Shown: positions 25,099 to 34,979 of the stretch, piece by piece
Position numbering within the stretch: position 1 is the stretch's first letter
Layout: every line of letters starts with the position of its first letter
Origin: an uncultured archaeon
Lineage (GTDB): Archaea > Iainarchaeota > Iainarchaeia > Iainarchaeales > GCA-2688035
DNA: 64,000 nucleotides
Direction: 5' to 3'
NCBI GenBank assembly: GCA_964640195.1
Contig: CAZXIC010000001.1
Location: 83,363 to 147,362 of the forward strand
The notes under the pieces: generated by a model
Told to the model about the DNA's origin: nothing
The model's database searches: none
What the model saw: the letters and a program-made list of their open reading frames with translations, nothing else
Made by a program: the position numbers and the translations under genes

Positions 25099-25821
25099 TT
25101 AGGCCATAGGGCCAAAAGTGCCATTAACTATTCTCCAACCCATCTGATACGAACAATAAACGTCTGCCCAAGAGTCTCCTTCAATATATTCTTCAGGGTA
25201 TTTCTCAAATAATTCGTTTGCTATGTTCCCTATAATTTCGGATTCTGTTTCGAAACTCATATCTTCTTCGCAATCAAGGGCAATAAAAGCTTGTGTTTTT
25301 CCAGCCAGATTCAAAACCTGTAATTCCATTAGTGATATTGATATGCCTTTTTGTTTTTGGTTTTCAATTTCTGCATCGACTATCTCACTAAGCCCCTCTT
25401 CCATTTCAGCGTTTCTTGTAAAAATGTATTTTTCACATTCACTCAAATCAGGAATGTAATTAATTCCGCCTGGTTGTTCATCTATAAGGGCATTGCCCCA
25501 CACGGTTCCAGTAAACCCATCTGCATCAGTCTTCCAACTATACTGTGGAATTCTGTTTCCCTCTACATCAAAACTATAACCGCTGATTTCATCTGTTTTA
25601 GTCCAAACATTTCCTTCGCTGTCAACGCGTGTTGCCCCAACAGGTTCTTCAGCTGCTGGGCCAAATATTCTCTCCCTTTCCAAAACAACTTCAACGCATT
25701 CATCGTAAGTCATGGTTTCTGAAGAGGGCTCTGGTGAAGGCGCTGGTTCAGGGGGCTGTTGCAAGCACCCGCTAAACAAAACCGCCAAGCAGATTAAACC
25801 GATTACAATCGCAGTTTTCAT
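25099..25821 (-). CDS. Putative lipoprotein, acidic, unknown function
   Basis: MKT...LFSGC lipobox-like signal, Pro-rich linker. Confidence 0.75.
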   Translation of the reverse strand: MKTAIVIGLICLAVLFSGCLQQPPEPAPSPEPSSETMTYDECVEVVLERERIFGPAAEEPVGATRVDSEGNVWTKTDEISGYSFDVEGNRIPQYSWKTDADGFTGTVWGNALIDEQPGGINYIPDLSECEKYIFTRNAEMEEGLSEIVDAEIENQKQKGISISLMELQVLNLAGKTQAFIALDCEEDMSFETESEIIGNIANELFEKYPEEYIEGDSWADVYCSYQMGWRIVNGTFGPMA

Positions 25822-25919
25822 TGGTAGTGCCTTTTCTCTTTTGTATAAAAAAATTTTGTTTTCTGCAAAACACAGGCTTTTAATGTTTAAAAAACTACCG
25901 TGCCCGTAGGATATAAGCC

Positions 25920-27212
25920 CTACTGGGCATATACGATGTAATTAGGTTCTGCATATTCTATTCTGTCGTCTTCCTCTAATGTACATATCCATTCAAATTC
26001 TGTGTTTGGCTCCACACCTACAGTGATTAATATCTCAAAACTAAGATTTATAACTTCTTTAACCGTTAGCCCGTACGATTCTATGATTGCTCTTGCATTT
26101 GCTTCATCAACATTTTCTCCAAAACCAATCAATATTTCGCCCATAGCATAATCCTCATCGGGAACAAAGTTTTTGATGTTCCATCCTTCAATACAGGTGT
26201 AGATAAGTAACTCAGAGTCTTCGGCGTTGTTTCCAATTACGCCCACAAACGTTTCTGTATCGCCAACTTCAAATTCAACGTTATCGTAATAAAACTCGAT
26301 TGTTCTTTCTGGCTGGACTACTAATCCTTGCTGTGTATCTAAAACCTTCCCAGTAACCAAATATTGTGTAAAACAAAATGAATTAGGGTACTCTGGCTCG
26401 CTTGTACACGCTGTGTCCCCTTCAACTAGATTAACTATCTCTATCTTGTACCGCCCACTAAAAGGGGAAAACCATATTTCGCGTGGATTGGCAGAAATGT
26501 ATGACATTATAAAATCGCTTCCCCTTTTCTCGCCCCAAAAGTAAACAGGGCCTTTTTTTGGAGGTATCCATCCAACAATCTCGCTTTTTATTGTACCATC
26601 TGTAGGAAAATTCCATAAATTCAAATATACCATGTCTATTTTTACCTCGTACTGCTCCCGTTTGTTCCAGTCTTTTCCAACTGGCAAGTCTTCCTCAAGG
26701 TTTACTATTTCCCCTAAAAAAACCATATCTTTGTCTCTAAAAAATTGGTCCTTGCTTGCGTCCACGAGCAAATTATCTGGATTGTCAGATGGTGGTATCT
26801 GTGGAGGCTCATTAATAAAAATTATGTTTTGGCAGTCCTCGGGGCAATTATAATTGCTCTCGGTTTCTCTATCACATTCTCCGTTCCCGCACTTTGCAGT
26901 GCAGGTTCCGCTAATTCCAACAGTATTTTCCTCTTTTGGCAGAATTAATTCCAAGCCTTCACAGCACTCTGGCGGGTCTGCAATAAAAGGAATTGTTTCG
27001 CCTTCTCCCTTGCATTCTACTATTCGAGTGCAAACACCATTTTCGCAGGTTTCATCTGCAGCACACTGTACATCAGTAGGGCAATTAGAACAGTTTTCGC
27101 CTTCATCAATTTGCAAGTTTCCACAGCTTGGTGGTTGCAGGCAACCGCTGAGCAAAACTATTGCTACAACCAGGCAGATTAGCAAAATTTTTGTCTTCAT
27201 GTTTTTCAGCAT
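25920..27212 (-). CDS. Putative lipoprotein with Cys-rich repeats and C-terminal subtilase prodomain-like module
   Basis: LLSGC; CGN...ENC..CP.D repeats; GEILIGF...IEYAEPNYIV. Confidence 0.75.
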   Translation of the reverse strand: MLKNMKTKILLICLVVAIVLLSGCLQPPSCGNLQIDEGENCSNCPTDVQCAADETCENGVCTRIVECKGEGETIPFIADPPECCEGLELILPKEENTVGISGTCTAKCGNGECDRETESNYNCPEDCQNIIFINEPPQIPPSDNPDNLLVDASKDQFFRDKDMVFLGEIVNLEEDLPVGKDWNKREQYEVKIDMVYLNLWNFPTDGTIKSEIVGWIPPKKGPVYFWGEKRGSDFIMSYISANPREIWFSPFSGRYKIEIVNLVEGDTACTSEPEYPNSFCFTQYLVTGKVLDTQQGLVVQPERTIEFYYDNVEFEVGDTETFVGVIGNNAEDSELLIYTCIEGWNIKNFVPDEDYAMGEILIGFGENVDEANARAIIESYGLTVKEVINLSFEILITVGVEPNTEFEWICTLEEDDRIEYAEPNYIVYAQ

Positions 27213-27314
27213 TATTTGTTCTCAAACACATATAAAAACATGGCTTTTTATTGAGCTTTTTTCCTCAGCAGCCTGCTGACCATATCATTGAATGTTTCGC
27301 CTTTGATTCCAAGC

Positions 27315-27650
27315 CTAAACCTTTACTTTCATCAAGTGCTCGCCTGCTGGGATGATGTGGATGTCCTCGCCCTTCTTTAGCTTATAGAATTTCGTCAGGT
27401 CTGGCGGAATTGTTATTGCAAGGCTGCCGCCTGTTGAAATCAGCTTTCTTGCAAAGCTGAATTCTTTTCTTGCCTTTTCCAGTGTTTTGTCAACGATTTT
27501 GCCTGTGGCAAACTTTTCCTTGCATTTGCTGCACTTGTATATGGGGTTGTCTTTTAGTGTTACAACTCCACCAAACATTTTAAGGCTAGTTTTTGACAGG
27601 TTTGCCCCTCCATCGCAGACAGGGCATTTTATTTTTGTTTTGAAAACCAT
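27315..27650 (-). CDS. YgiT-type zinc finger + AbrB/MazE domain antitoxin-like protein
   Basis: CPVC...CSKC, then RKLISTGGSLAITIP. Confidence 0.8.
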   Translation of the reverse strand: MVFKTKIKCPVCDGGANLSKTSLKMFGGVVTLKDNPIYKCSKCKEKFATGKIVDKTLEKARKEFSFARKLISTGGSLAITIPPDLTKFYKLKKGEDIHIIPAGEHLMKVKV

Positions 27651-27832
27651 AACTCAACCTCCTTTTTGCTTGCTTCCCACAAAGTGATTACAATTATTTT
27701 CTTTCTGTCTTCCGCTTTTTGAACAGTAAAAAACTTGTTTGCAACCAGGCCAATTGTTTCAAAGCAGTTTTTCCTATATTTTTTGTCAAATCCTTTTTTG
27801 ATTTTCACTTCCTGCTTTTTTATTGCCGTCCA
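27629..27832 (-). pseudogene. 5'-truncated BrnT/DUF4258-like toxin
   Basis: ...WTAIKKQEVKIKKGFDKKYRKNCFETIGLVANKFFTVQKAEDRKKIIVITLWEASKKEVELWFSKQK*; in-frame TAG just upstream, next to the wHTH gene end. Confidence 0.6.
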
Positions 27833-27845
27833 AGGCTAAAAAAGC

Positions 27846-28172
27846 TTAAGCAATTGCCTTGGCTGTTTTTGGTGCTGTTTCTTCAATCATCCTCGCTTCA
27901 AACCTGAGGATGTCCTTTACTAGGGGGCTTTGCTTGTTCAGGGTGAAGAGTTTTGTGTTTCCAAATGCCTTTGTAATCCTGACAAGGTTTAGCTCTTCAA
28001 GCTTTCCCCAGTGCTTGAACAAGGCGCCCTTGCTTATTCCTGCCAATTCCTGCACTTCCTTTTTGCTGTATTCCTCGCCAATGTTGTCTATGAAAACATC
28101 AAGCATTCTTACAAATGGGTTGTCCCCAAAAAACCGTATTAGGTTCGTTTCCCCTTCCATGTTTTTCGCCAA
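27846..28172 (-). CDS. Small winged-helix protein, paralog of 1380..1727
   Basis: FFGDNPFVRMLDVFIDN...YSKKEVQELAGIS...LFTLNKQSPLVK. Confidence 0.8.
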   Translation of the reverse strand: MAKNMEGETNLIRFFGDNPFVRMLDVFIDNIGEEYSKKEVQELAGISKGALFKHWGKLEELNLVRITKAFGNTKLFTLNKQSPLVKDILRFEARMIEETAPKTAKAIA

Positions 28173-28224
28173 TTAACTTATTAAAAGCAAGGTTTATAAT
28201 AATATACTTTCAAAGTCCATTTAA

Positions 28225-28493
28225 ATGGACTTGCTTGAGTTGGTAAAGGCAAGCTTCTTTTCAAACTGGCGAGGAGAAGAAAATGGGGCAACAGCCACAC
28301 GGCTTTTGACAACCTGAAAAAAGGTTTCAAGCCAAGAGAGCACCTTCTGGTGAAAAGGGCTGCTGAAGAATTAATTAAGGAAAATCTTCTGTTCAAAAAG
28401 CCGACCTCCCATGGTTTGCATGTTTCCTTGAACCATGAAAAAGCTGCAGAAATAAAACAAATAATTTCCGAGCTGCTTGGCATAAAAGTTTAA
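28225..28493 (+). pseudogene. Frameshifted paralog of 1798..2067 (one base missing near 28250, or sequencing error)
   Basis: MDLLELVKA, then in another frame KLLFKLARRRKWGNSHTAFDNLKKGF...ELIKENLLFKKPTSHGLHVSLN...KV*. Confidence 0.75.
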
Positions 28494-28497
28494 GCTC

Positions 28498-28692
28498 TTA
28501 TTCTTGGAATATGAACAGCTCGTCAACCGTTGTCTTGAGAGCCTTGGCCACATCATGCGCAAGCTTAAGCGATGGATTGTACTTTCCCTTCTCAAGGAAG
28601 ACGATGGTTTCACGCCTGACTCCTGCCTTTTTGGCGAGGTCTTCCTGCGTGAGGTTATAGCGCGCCCTCAGCTCTTTTATCCTGTTGCGCAT
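28498..28692 (-). CDS. XRE-family HTH regulator, copy B
   Basis: Near-identical protein to 23622..23810. Confidence 0.95.
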   Translation of the reverse strand: MRNRIKELRARYNLTQEDLAKKAGVRRETIVFLEKGKYNPSLKLAHDVAKALKTTVDELFIFQE

Positions 28693-28701
28693 TTAAGGCA
28701 C

Positions 28702-29124
28702 CTATTCAACCCTGCCCCTGTCCCTGAAGTAAAGGGCAAGCAGCACGAAAACAATGCCGGGAACAAGTACTACCGGCGCTGTGTAGTGATGTGCCTGCAG
28801 CACAATGCCGTATTCCCTCTCAACAAAGGCGCTTGCAAACATCGTTCCCACTGCTGTCCAGATTCCTGCAATGAAAGCGTAGTAGCCTGCCTTCTGCGCC
28901 GCTCTTTTGCTCAGTTCATCCTCTGCCGGCAGGCCTGCCTTTATGCTCTTTGCCCTGTCCCAGACAAATTTCATTGAGATGACTGCAAGCAGGACAGCAA
29001 TCGTCGGGATGAGCAGGTCAGCCAAAGACTCCTTGCCCGAAAGCAGAATCCACATGGCTGCAGTTACCAGAACAGCTGCTGCAACTATTGCGCCGATAAG
29101 CACTTTAAATTTATCCAAAAACAA
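28702..29124 (-). CDS. DUF2178-like membrane protein, copy B
   Basis: Close paralog of 23820..24236. Confidence 0.8.
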   Translation of the reverse strand: MFLDKFKVLIGAIVAAAVLVTAAMWILLSGKESLADLLIPTIAVLLAVISMKFVWDRAKSIKAGLPAEDELSKRAAQKAGYYAFIAGIWTAVGTMFASAFVEREYGIVLQAHHYTAPVVLVPGIVFVLLALYFRDRGRVE

Positions 29125-29152
29125 CCACCTCTGTTATTTCATTCAAACATTA

Positions 29153-29191
29153 TGTTAGAAAACAATAACATTATGTTATATTTATATAACA
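29153..29191. promoter_or_regulatory. Tandem TGTTA-N8-TAACA operators, copy B
   Basis: Same sequence as 24271-24309. Confidence 0.75.
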
Positions 29192-29279
29192 AGTTGTATA
29201 TAAGGCTTTCGCCACGGTAACTGCGGCAAAAGCAAACAAATGACGACCCAAGGCACAAAAACCATGCTGCTTATGGTTC

Positions 29280-30086
29280 TTAAACCTCTTCGGCTGCTGG
29301 TTGCACTTTTTTGCCTTTTTTCAAACGCCCTGCGGCAGGGGAGTTATACCACGGGCAGTTGTGATGCCCTTTGCCAGAAGAGTGGAGATACAGCATTGGA
29401 ACCTCTGCAGCTTCTGCGATTGGCTGTTGTATGGTTGGGTTGCTGAAGGAAAAAAATATTTGGTTGGGGTTTAATCCACTAATTTTTTGGAGGAAGTATA
29501 TTTCCACTTCAACGTAGATTCTTGCTATCTCTTCCGAACAGATTCCATTTTTAACGAAGTTGGAATGTTTTCTTGCCGCTTCATTGAGTTCCCTGAATGC
29601 TGCCTGATTATTTATGACCGTGCTTGTCTTGATTCTGGAGCCCTTATCCGTGTAATCATTTAAGTTCGCTGTGCCCAACAAATCGCTTAATTTGATTAGG
29701 CTGAGGCTTCTTTCTTGGGCTAATGAGGCTAAAACCGAATAATATTGCTCGGTTTCCGCAAGACTCCTGCCGTTAACCAGGACGTGATGCACATCGCAGA
29801 ACAGCAGTGAAACCTGCACTGGCAGCGCATGCTTTCTCAGTTCGCTTTGCATTTCAGCAATGAAGTCAAGGCTTCTCTTATCTGCTTCATCGCCAGCAAT
29901 TCCTTCTTTTGAACCGCCCCACAGGCCCATCAACCGAAGCGGGGCGTTGTTGAGGAGGGATTCTCTTATGCAGCCCTCTATTTCCGCAGGTTTTGTTGGA
30001 ACCATTCTTGAAAACCGGTTGGATGTTAGGATGCGGTAAACCTGTTTTGCAGTCCTTGATTGGTTCACGTATTCTGCTATTTCCAT
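29280..30086 (-). CDS. Class I aaRS-like Rossmann-fold enzyme, copy B
   Basis: Close paralog of 21982..22758. Confidence 0.5.
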   Translation of the reverse strand: MEIAEYVNQSRTAKQVYRILTSNRFSRMVPTKPAEIEGCIRESLLNNAPLRLMGLWGGSKEGIAGDEADKRSLDFIAEMQSELRKHALPVQVSLLFCDVHHVLVNGRSLAETEQYYSVLASLAQERSLSLIKLSDLLGTANLNDYTDKGSRIKTSTVINNQAAFRELNEAARKHSNFVKNGICSEEIARIYVEVEIYFLQKISGLNPNQIFFSFSNPTIQQPIAEAAEVPMLYLHSSGKGHHNCPWYNSPAAGRLKKGKKVQPAAEEV

Positions 30087-30173
30087 AATATTTATTGGAC
30101 AATTGAGGGTATTTTATAGTTTGTTGTATAAAAATACACAAACTTATATAGAGAAGCTTTCAACAATAATGTT

Positions 30174-30881
30174 ATGGAGATTGACAGATTGACTGCCCTA
30201 GGCCTTACAAAACGGGAAGCCCAGACTTATTTGGCACTGCTAAAACTTGAAGAAGCAAAAGCCGGTGTGGTTGCTGAACATACGAAAGAGGATAGAACGA
30301 ATGTATACGATTCCCTCAAGAACCTTATAAAGAAAGGGCTGGTGAGCAAGGTCATGAAAAATAACAGAGCATATTACAGAATTGCCCCTCCTGAAAAATT
30401 GAGGGATTATTTGGTAGAGAAAGGAAAAATCCTTAACCAGATTCTCCCTGAACTAAATACCCTCTACAGCTCTTATGAACCAAAGCCTGTAATAGAGGTG
30501 TATGAAGGAAAGGAAGGGATTAAGACTGTCTTCAATGACATTTTGAAGGAGGGGAAAGATTTTGTTGGATTTGGGGCAACGGATAGAGCCCACATCTTGT
30601 TGCCTGAATTCACCGAAATGTATTTGAAAGATAGAGAAAGGAAAAATATCAAGGCACGCCAGTTCTATCCCGAGGGCAGTGAAGTCCTTAAATCAAAACT
30701 TTCAACATTCAAAACAATCCCAAAAGAGTTTTCAGGCCCTGCAACTACCTTAATTTACGGGGAAAAAGTCGCGATATTCATGTGGTTCATAGAACCGCCG
30801 GTCGTGGTTTTAATCAAAAACAAAGAGGCAGCGCGGGCGTATAAAAACCAATTCGAGTTCATGTGGAAAATTGTCAAATAG
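30174..30881 (+). CDS. TrmB-family regulator, copy B
   Basis: Close paralog of 22846..23553. Confidence 0.9.
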   Translation: MEIDRLTALGLTKREAQTYLALLKLEEAKAGVVAEHTKEDRTNVYDSLKNLIKKGLVSKVMKNNRAYYRIAPPEKLRDYLVEKGKILNQILPELNTLYSSYEPKPVIEVYEGKEGIKTVFNDILKEGKDFVGFGATDRAHILLPEFTEMYLKDRERKNIKARQFYPEGSEVLKSKLSTFKTIPKEFSGPATTLIYGEKVAIFMWFIEPPVVVLIKNKEAARAYKNQFEFMWKIVK

Positions 30882-30903
30882 AGTTCGCTTGGTTTTTCAG
30901 TCC

Positions 30904-32706
30904 TTATTGCTCTTTTTTCAGGAACTTCGAAAGAATCAGCAATGCTGAGAGCAAAAGCATTGTCAGAATCATGGGCAGGAAATCAATGCAGGGGCGCCCG
31001 CGAACCATTACCCCTGAGAGCATTGTTATTGACGCTGAAAGCGGGTTTATGAATTCCACGAACTGCAGAGTGGCTGGCATCAGCTCGAAAGGGATTATTA
31101 CCCCGCTTACAAGGAGGGCTGGGATGACCAGGAGCAAGCAGCCCAGAATCGCGCTTGATTCGTTCTTGAAGAATATTGACAGGAACAAGCCGATGCTCAC
31201 GAAAAACAGTGCTGAGACTGACAAGACAACAATTATGTCCGGCAGAGTGCCGGAAATTACCACGCCAAATGCCAGTATTGCAAGTACTGCTATAAGGGCG
31301 CATTCAAGCATTGCAAGCAGCACCTGGGCTGAAACCTTTGCGGTTATCTGGGCAATCCTGCTCGTAGGGCTTGTCTGCAAGCGCAGGTAGACCTTCTGCC
31401 CTCTCTCGCTTACAACGGAAAGCAGCGTCAGGAGTATGGTGGTGAATAACACTACAATAGAAAGGCTTGCGGGCAGCAGCAGCGAAAAAAGGTTAGCATG
31501 CGGGAAGATATCGCTAAACCACATCCGCGTGGGCGAAGCCAGCATCTCCGGAGGATAGGTCTTTATTTCATGCATGCTCGCAAGCAGGTCATCAATGAGG
31601 CTTTTTGTTTCGGCAATGTCTCGTTCTACAGCTGCGTCAAAAGCCTGCCATTCGTCGATAAATTCTTTTAGTTTTCTCAGCCCTGCCTCTATTTTTTGTG
31701 GCTCGGCATCTAGTGTTTCTGCCCATTGCTTTGCTGAAGCAATCTCGGACTTAAAGTGTGGCAGTGGCGTTTGTATATCAATGACCAATAATTCGGTTCT
31801 GTTTAGCATATTTTCAAGAGCGCCAAGATTATTTTCTATATCAATAAGCCTATTTTTGATACCAATAATGGGCGGCTCTAATTCCCCCAGCAGTCCATAT
31901 GACAATACGCCTTCCACATCTGTCTTTGCTATTGATACCTGCTTCTTGATACTGTACGGCCCCAAAAGGGCATTGGAAATTTCCTGCAGCTGTGTGCGGA
32001 TGTCGGCTGCATTTGACTCTGTTTCTAATATACTTGTTTCAATGGCTGCCAGGTTTAGTTTCAGCTTTTGGGCTGAATTGCGGAGCTCGTATATGTCAAA
32101 TTCATTTATCGCTGGACGTATCTGCTTTATAAACGACCTTGTTTCCTTAAATCTTTCGCCAAGCAGCTCTATCCTCTGCTGCTGTGTTTGCAGCTTTTGC
32201 TCGTTTTTCAGGAAACCACTCCAGATTTCATTGAGCATGTCAAGCGTTATTTTTGTGGTAACCCTGTCAATTGCCGATAAAACAAACTGCCTCACAATCA
32301 TTGATTCAATTACCCTTGAATTGTCGATTAGCGCCTCTATCTTGTAAGGGCCACTCTTTTCCGTCCTGAAAATAACAACCCCTGCCTTCAGCTTTCCGGA
32401 TTCGACATCGTGCTGCAATGAATTCCGGTCGTAATACTGCATAACAGCCAATGATTCTATTTTCTGCATCTCGCTGATGAAATCTATGCTGGCAAAACCG
32501 GCATTGGAATCGCCCGATTGGACCGCTGCCGCTGACTCTTCTACAATCACTCCAATTGTGATGTCCTGCTTTATCCCGCCGCCATAGACAATGCCGAGGC
32601 TTAGGCCGATTATGACAGGGTAGAGGACAACAAGCGCAAGCGCTATCTTCTGCGACCTCAGCAGCTTGAACTCCTTCACTATCCCGGCGATTACCCCAGA
32701 AATCAT
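30904..32706 (-). CDS. ABC-2 type permease with long extracytoplasmic coiled coil (YhgE/Pip-like)
   Basis: N-terminal TM, heptad-rich middle, SVVSERGQKVYLRL and C-terminal TMs. Confidence 0.85.
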   Translation of the reverse strand: MISGVIAGIVKEFKLLRSQKIALALVVLYPVIIGLSLGIVYGGGIKQDITIGVIVEESAAAVQSGDSNAGFASIDFISEMQKIESLAVMQYYDRNSLQHDVESGKLKAGVVIFRTEKSGPYKIEALIDNSRVIESMIVRQFVLSAIDRVTTKITLDMLNEIWSGFLKNEQKLQTQQQRIELLGERFKETRSFIKQIRPAINEFDIYELRNSAQKLKLNLAAIETSILETESNAADIRTQLQEISNALLGPYSIKKQVSIAKTDVEGVLSYGLLGELEPPIIGIKNRLIDIENNLGALENMLNRTELLVIDIQTPLPHFKSEIASAKQWAETLDAEPQKIEAGLRKLKEFIDEWQAFDAAVERDIAETKSLIDDLLASMHEIKTYPPEMLASPTRMWFSDIFPHANLFSLLLPASLSIVVLFTTILLTLLSVVSERGQKVYLRLQTSPTSRIAQITAKVSAQVLLAMLECALIAVLAILAFGVVISGTLPDIIVVLSVSALFFVSIGLFLSIFFKNESSAILGCLLLVIPALLVSGVIIPFELMPATLQFVEFINPLSASITMLSGVMVRGRPCIDFLPMILTMLLLSALLILSKFLKKEQ

Positions 32707-33693
32707 TCCTTCAGCTCGCTTCCGGTTAGGTTGATGAAAACCTGCTCAAGGCTCGGTTCTTTTATGTTGGATTTCACGGTGTTGAAGCCTTTTTGCCTGA
32801 AAAAACCAATTATTTTGTCTGATGCCCCCAAAACATCTTCTCCTGCTGCAGAAACAACCAGGCTGTTTGCCTTCGCAAGCACAACCTTCACGCCGCCCAC
32901 TTTAGGCATCTTATTCACGATTTCTTTGCTAATCTCCCTGTCAAGCACAATAACAATTGTCTTGCCGCCGCCGAATTTGCGGATAAGCTCGCTTGCCGTG
33001 CCAATTGCCGTGATAGCACCATTGTACAGCATACAAATTCTGTTACACAGGGCTTGTGCCTCCTCCATGTAGTGTGTTGTGAGGACAATCGTCATCCCGC
33101 CTGCATTAAGCTGCCTTATCTTCTCCCAGATTTTGGCGCGCATCTTCGGGTCAAGGCCAGCTGTAACCTCATCCAAGAAAAGCAGTTTCGGCGACCACAG
33201 CAGTGACAAGCACATGTTCAGCAATCTCTTGTAGCCGCCAGAAAGCAAACCAGCCCTTTTGTTCCTATAGCCTGCAAGACCAAGCTGGTTGATAAGATTG
33301 TTTACTGTCTTCCGCAGCTCCGTGCCCTTGAGGCCAACGCTGGCGCCAAAAAAAAAGCAAATTGTCCAGAACCGAGAAGCTGTGGTAGAAAGCGAAATCT
33401 TGGGGCACCAAAGCAATGCCTTTCCTGACACCCTTGCCTTGGCCGCCGCTGAAAAATGAAATGCTGCCGCTGTCCTGCTTCTGCATGCCACAGAGGATAT
33501 TCAGCAAGGTGCTCTTTCCTGCGCCATTTGGCCCGAGCAGGCCGAAAACCTCCCCCTGCGCAACCCTCAGGCTCACATTTTGCAGAACCTTTGTGCTGCC
33601 GAAACTCTTTGAAACATTCTCCACAATTACTGCGTCTGCCGCAGCAGGCGCTTTTTTTATCCGCGAAGAAGGTTTGGTTGCGGCTGGTTTCAT
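32703..33693 (-). pseudogene. ABC transporter ATP-binding protein split by a frameshift in a T9 run
   Basis: GPNGAGKS in 33265..33693; LSGG, LFLDE, TTH in 32703..33491; frames join at A9 (33348-33356). Confidence 0.85.
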
Positions 33694-33873
33694 ACAATAC
33701 GTTACACTGCATCTCTATTAAAAAATACTTTTTGCTGGAAAGCCCTGCCTTTGAATGTTTGAAAACCAAATTCCGGCAACCGCAGGCAGTGGCATAGCCC
33801 TGTAACCTGCCACCGACACCATTTTTAAAGCTTTTGAAACCCAATTGGAACAAATAATGCAGGGAGTGATAAA

Positions 33874-33990
33874 ATGAAATTGAGATTCCAGGAAGAAGGC
33901 GGAGAAGGAGAAGCTCCGGAGGAAGAGGAAGGAACAGAGGAAGAGACTCCGACAGAAGGCGGAGAAGGCGAAGGGGAATCAGCAGAATAA
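33874..33990 (+). CDS. 38-aa highly acidic peptide
   Basis: MKLRFQEEGGEGEAPEEEEGTEEETPTEGGEGEGESAE*; GGAGTGA RBS; TATA-like tract upstream; downstream T-tract and hairpin. Confidence 0.7.
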   Translation: MKLRFQEEGGEGEAPEEEEGTEEETPTEGGEGEGESAE

Positions 33991-34014
33991 ATCAAACGCT
34001 TTTTTTCTTCCTCT

Positions 34015-34057
34015 AAACAGGGGCGTTTTCAGTTGGCAACGCCCGTTTAACTTTTTT
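34015..34057 (+). terminator. Hairpin plus T-tract
   Basis: GGGCGTT (34021-27) pairs with AACGCCC (34038-44), extended by AAAC/GTTT, followed by TTTTTT. Confidence 0.55.
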
Positions 34058-34139
34058 GTTTACATTTAATTGGCAATCCAGGCAGGAACTGCTTCTGCAA
34101 TGCAGGCCTTTTTTGGCGCCTGAAGTGGCTAAAAAGCGG

Positions 34140-34835
34140 CTATTCTTTTAATGTTTCAACCACAAGCCCTTTGTCGCTTATCTTCACAGGGTGCAGCTCC
34201 TCGCTGTGCGCTGTTCCCCTCATCTTTACAACGCTCAGGACCCTTTCAAACGTTACTGCTTTCCTTAAGCGACCCATCAGGATAAGCCCGTCAAACAGGA
34301 AGTCCTCCGGGCTGAATTCAACATTGTCAAAGTCTGTTCTGCGCTTCTCTGCCGTAACAAGCAGCGTCACGTTCTCCCTTGTAAGCATTTCAACAAAGTT
34401 AAGCACTTTCAGCCTGAAATCCTTCAAATCAGAGGCAAGGTATTCAAACGGGGTTATTGAATCAATCGCCACCCTTGTGACCTCTGCCCTTTTCACATGC
34501 TTCACCAGCTCGTCTGGAGCCATTTCCCCGCCCTTGGAAATAGGGACTTTCATCAGCGTAACCAGGCCGTCCTTTTCAAACTGCTCCAGGGGCATGCCCA
34601 GCGACCTTGCGATTTCCCTCACCTTTTCAACGCTCTGCTCTGACGTAACAAACACACCTGACTCACCGTAAACCCTCGCACCATTGTAGATGAACTGCAG
34701 GGCGAGGATGCTCTTGCCTGCGCCTGGCTCGCCTGTTACGATAACGCTGCTTCTTCTCCTGAATCCTTTTATGGCGAACGCCTCATCCAAGCCAGGGGTG
34801 CCTGTCTTTATTGTGTTTTCTTCTGCCTGCGCCAT
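34140..34835 (-). CDS. Single-domain KaiC/RAD55-family ATPase
   Basis: TGTPGLDE, GEPGAGKS, RVAIDS, VVKMRGTAHS. Confidence 0.92.
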   Translation of the reverse strand: MAQAEENTIKTGTPGLDEAFAIKGFRRRSSVIVTGEPGAGKSILALQFIYNGARVYGESGVFVTSEQSVEKVREIARSLGMPLEQFEKDGLVTLMKVPISKGGEMAPDELVKHVKRAEVTRVAIDSITPFEYLASDLKDFRLKVLNFVEMLTRENVTLLVTAEKRRTDFDNVEFSPEDFLFDGLILMGRLRKAVTFERVLSVVKMRGTAHSEELHPVKISDKGLVVETLKE

Positions 34836-34979
34836 GCCTGAAAACCACTAAATAAAATAGTTAATCTGCTATTTAATTATTTATGCTGCAGGGTAGCAGG
34901 GGTTTTTTGGAAGAATTGGGGTGGCTGCTTATGCTGGAAACAATTGAACGCTTTTTGGGGGAAAAGAGGCTGCTTGCTT

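Noticed and set aside
21982..33800. IS element or integrase driving the island
   Set aside because: No transposase or recombinase motifs and no terminal inverted repeats found.
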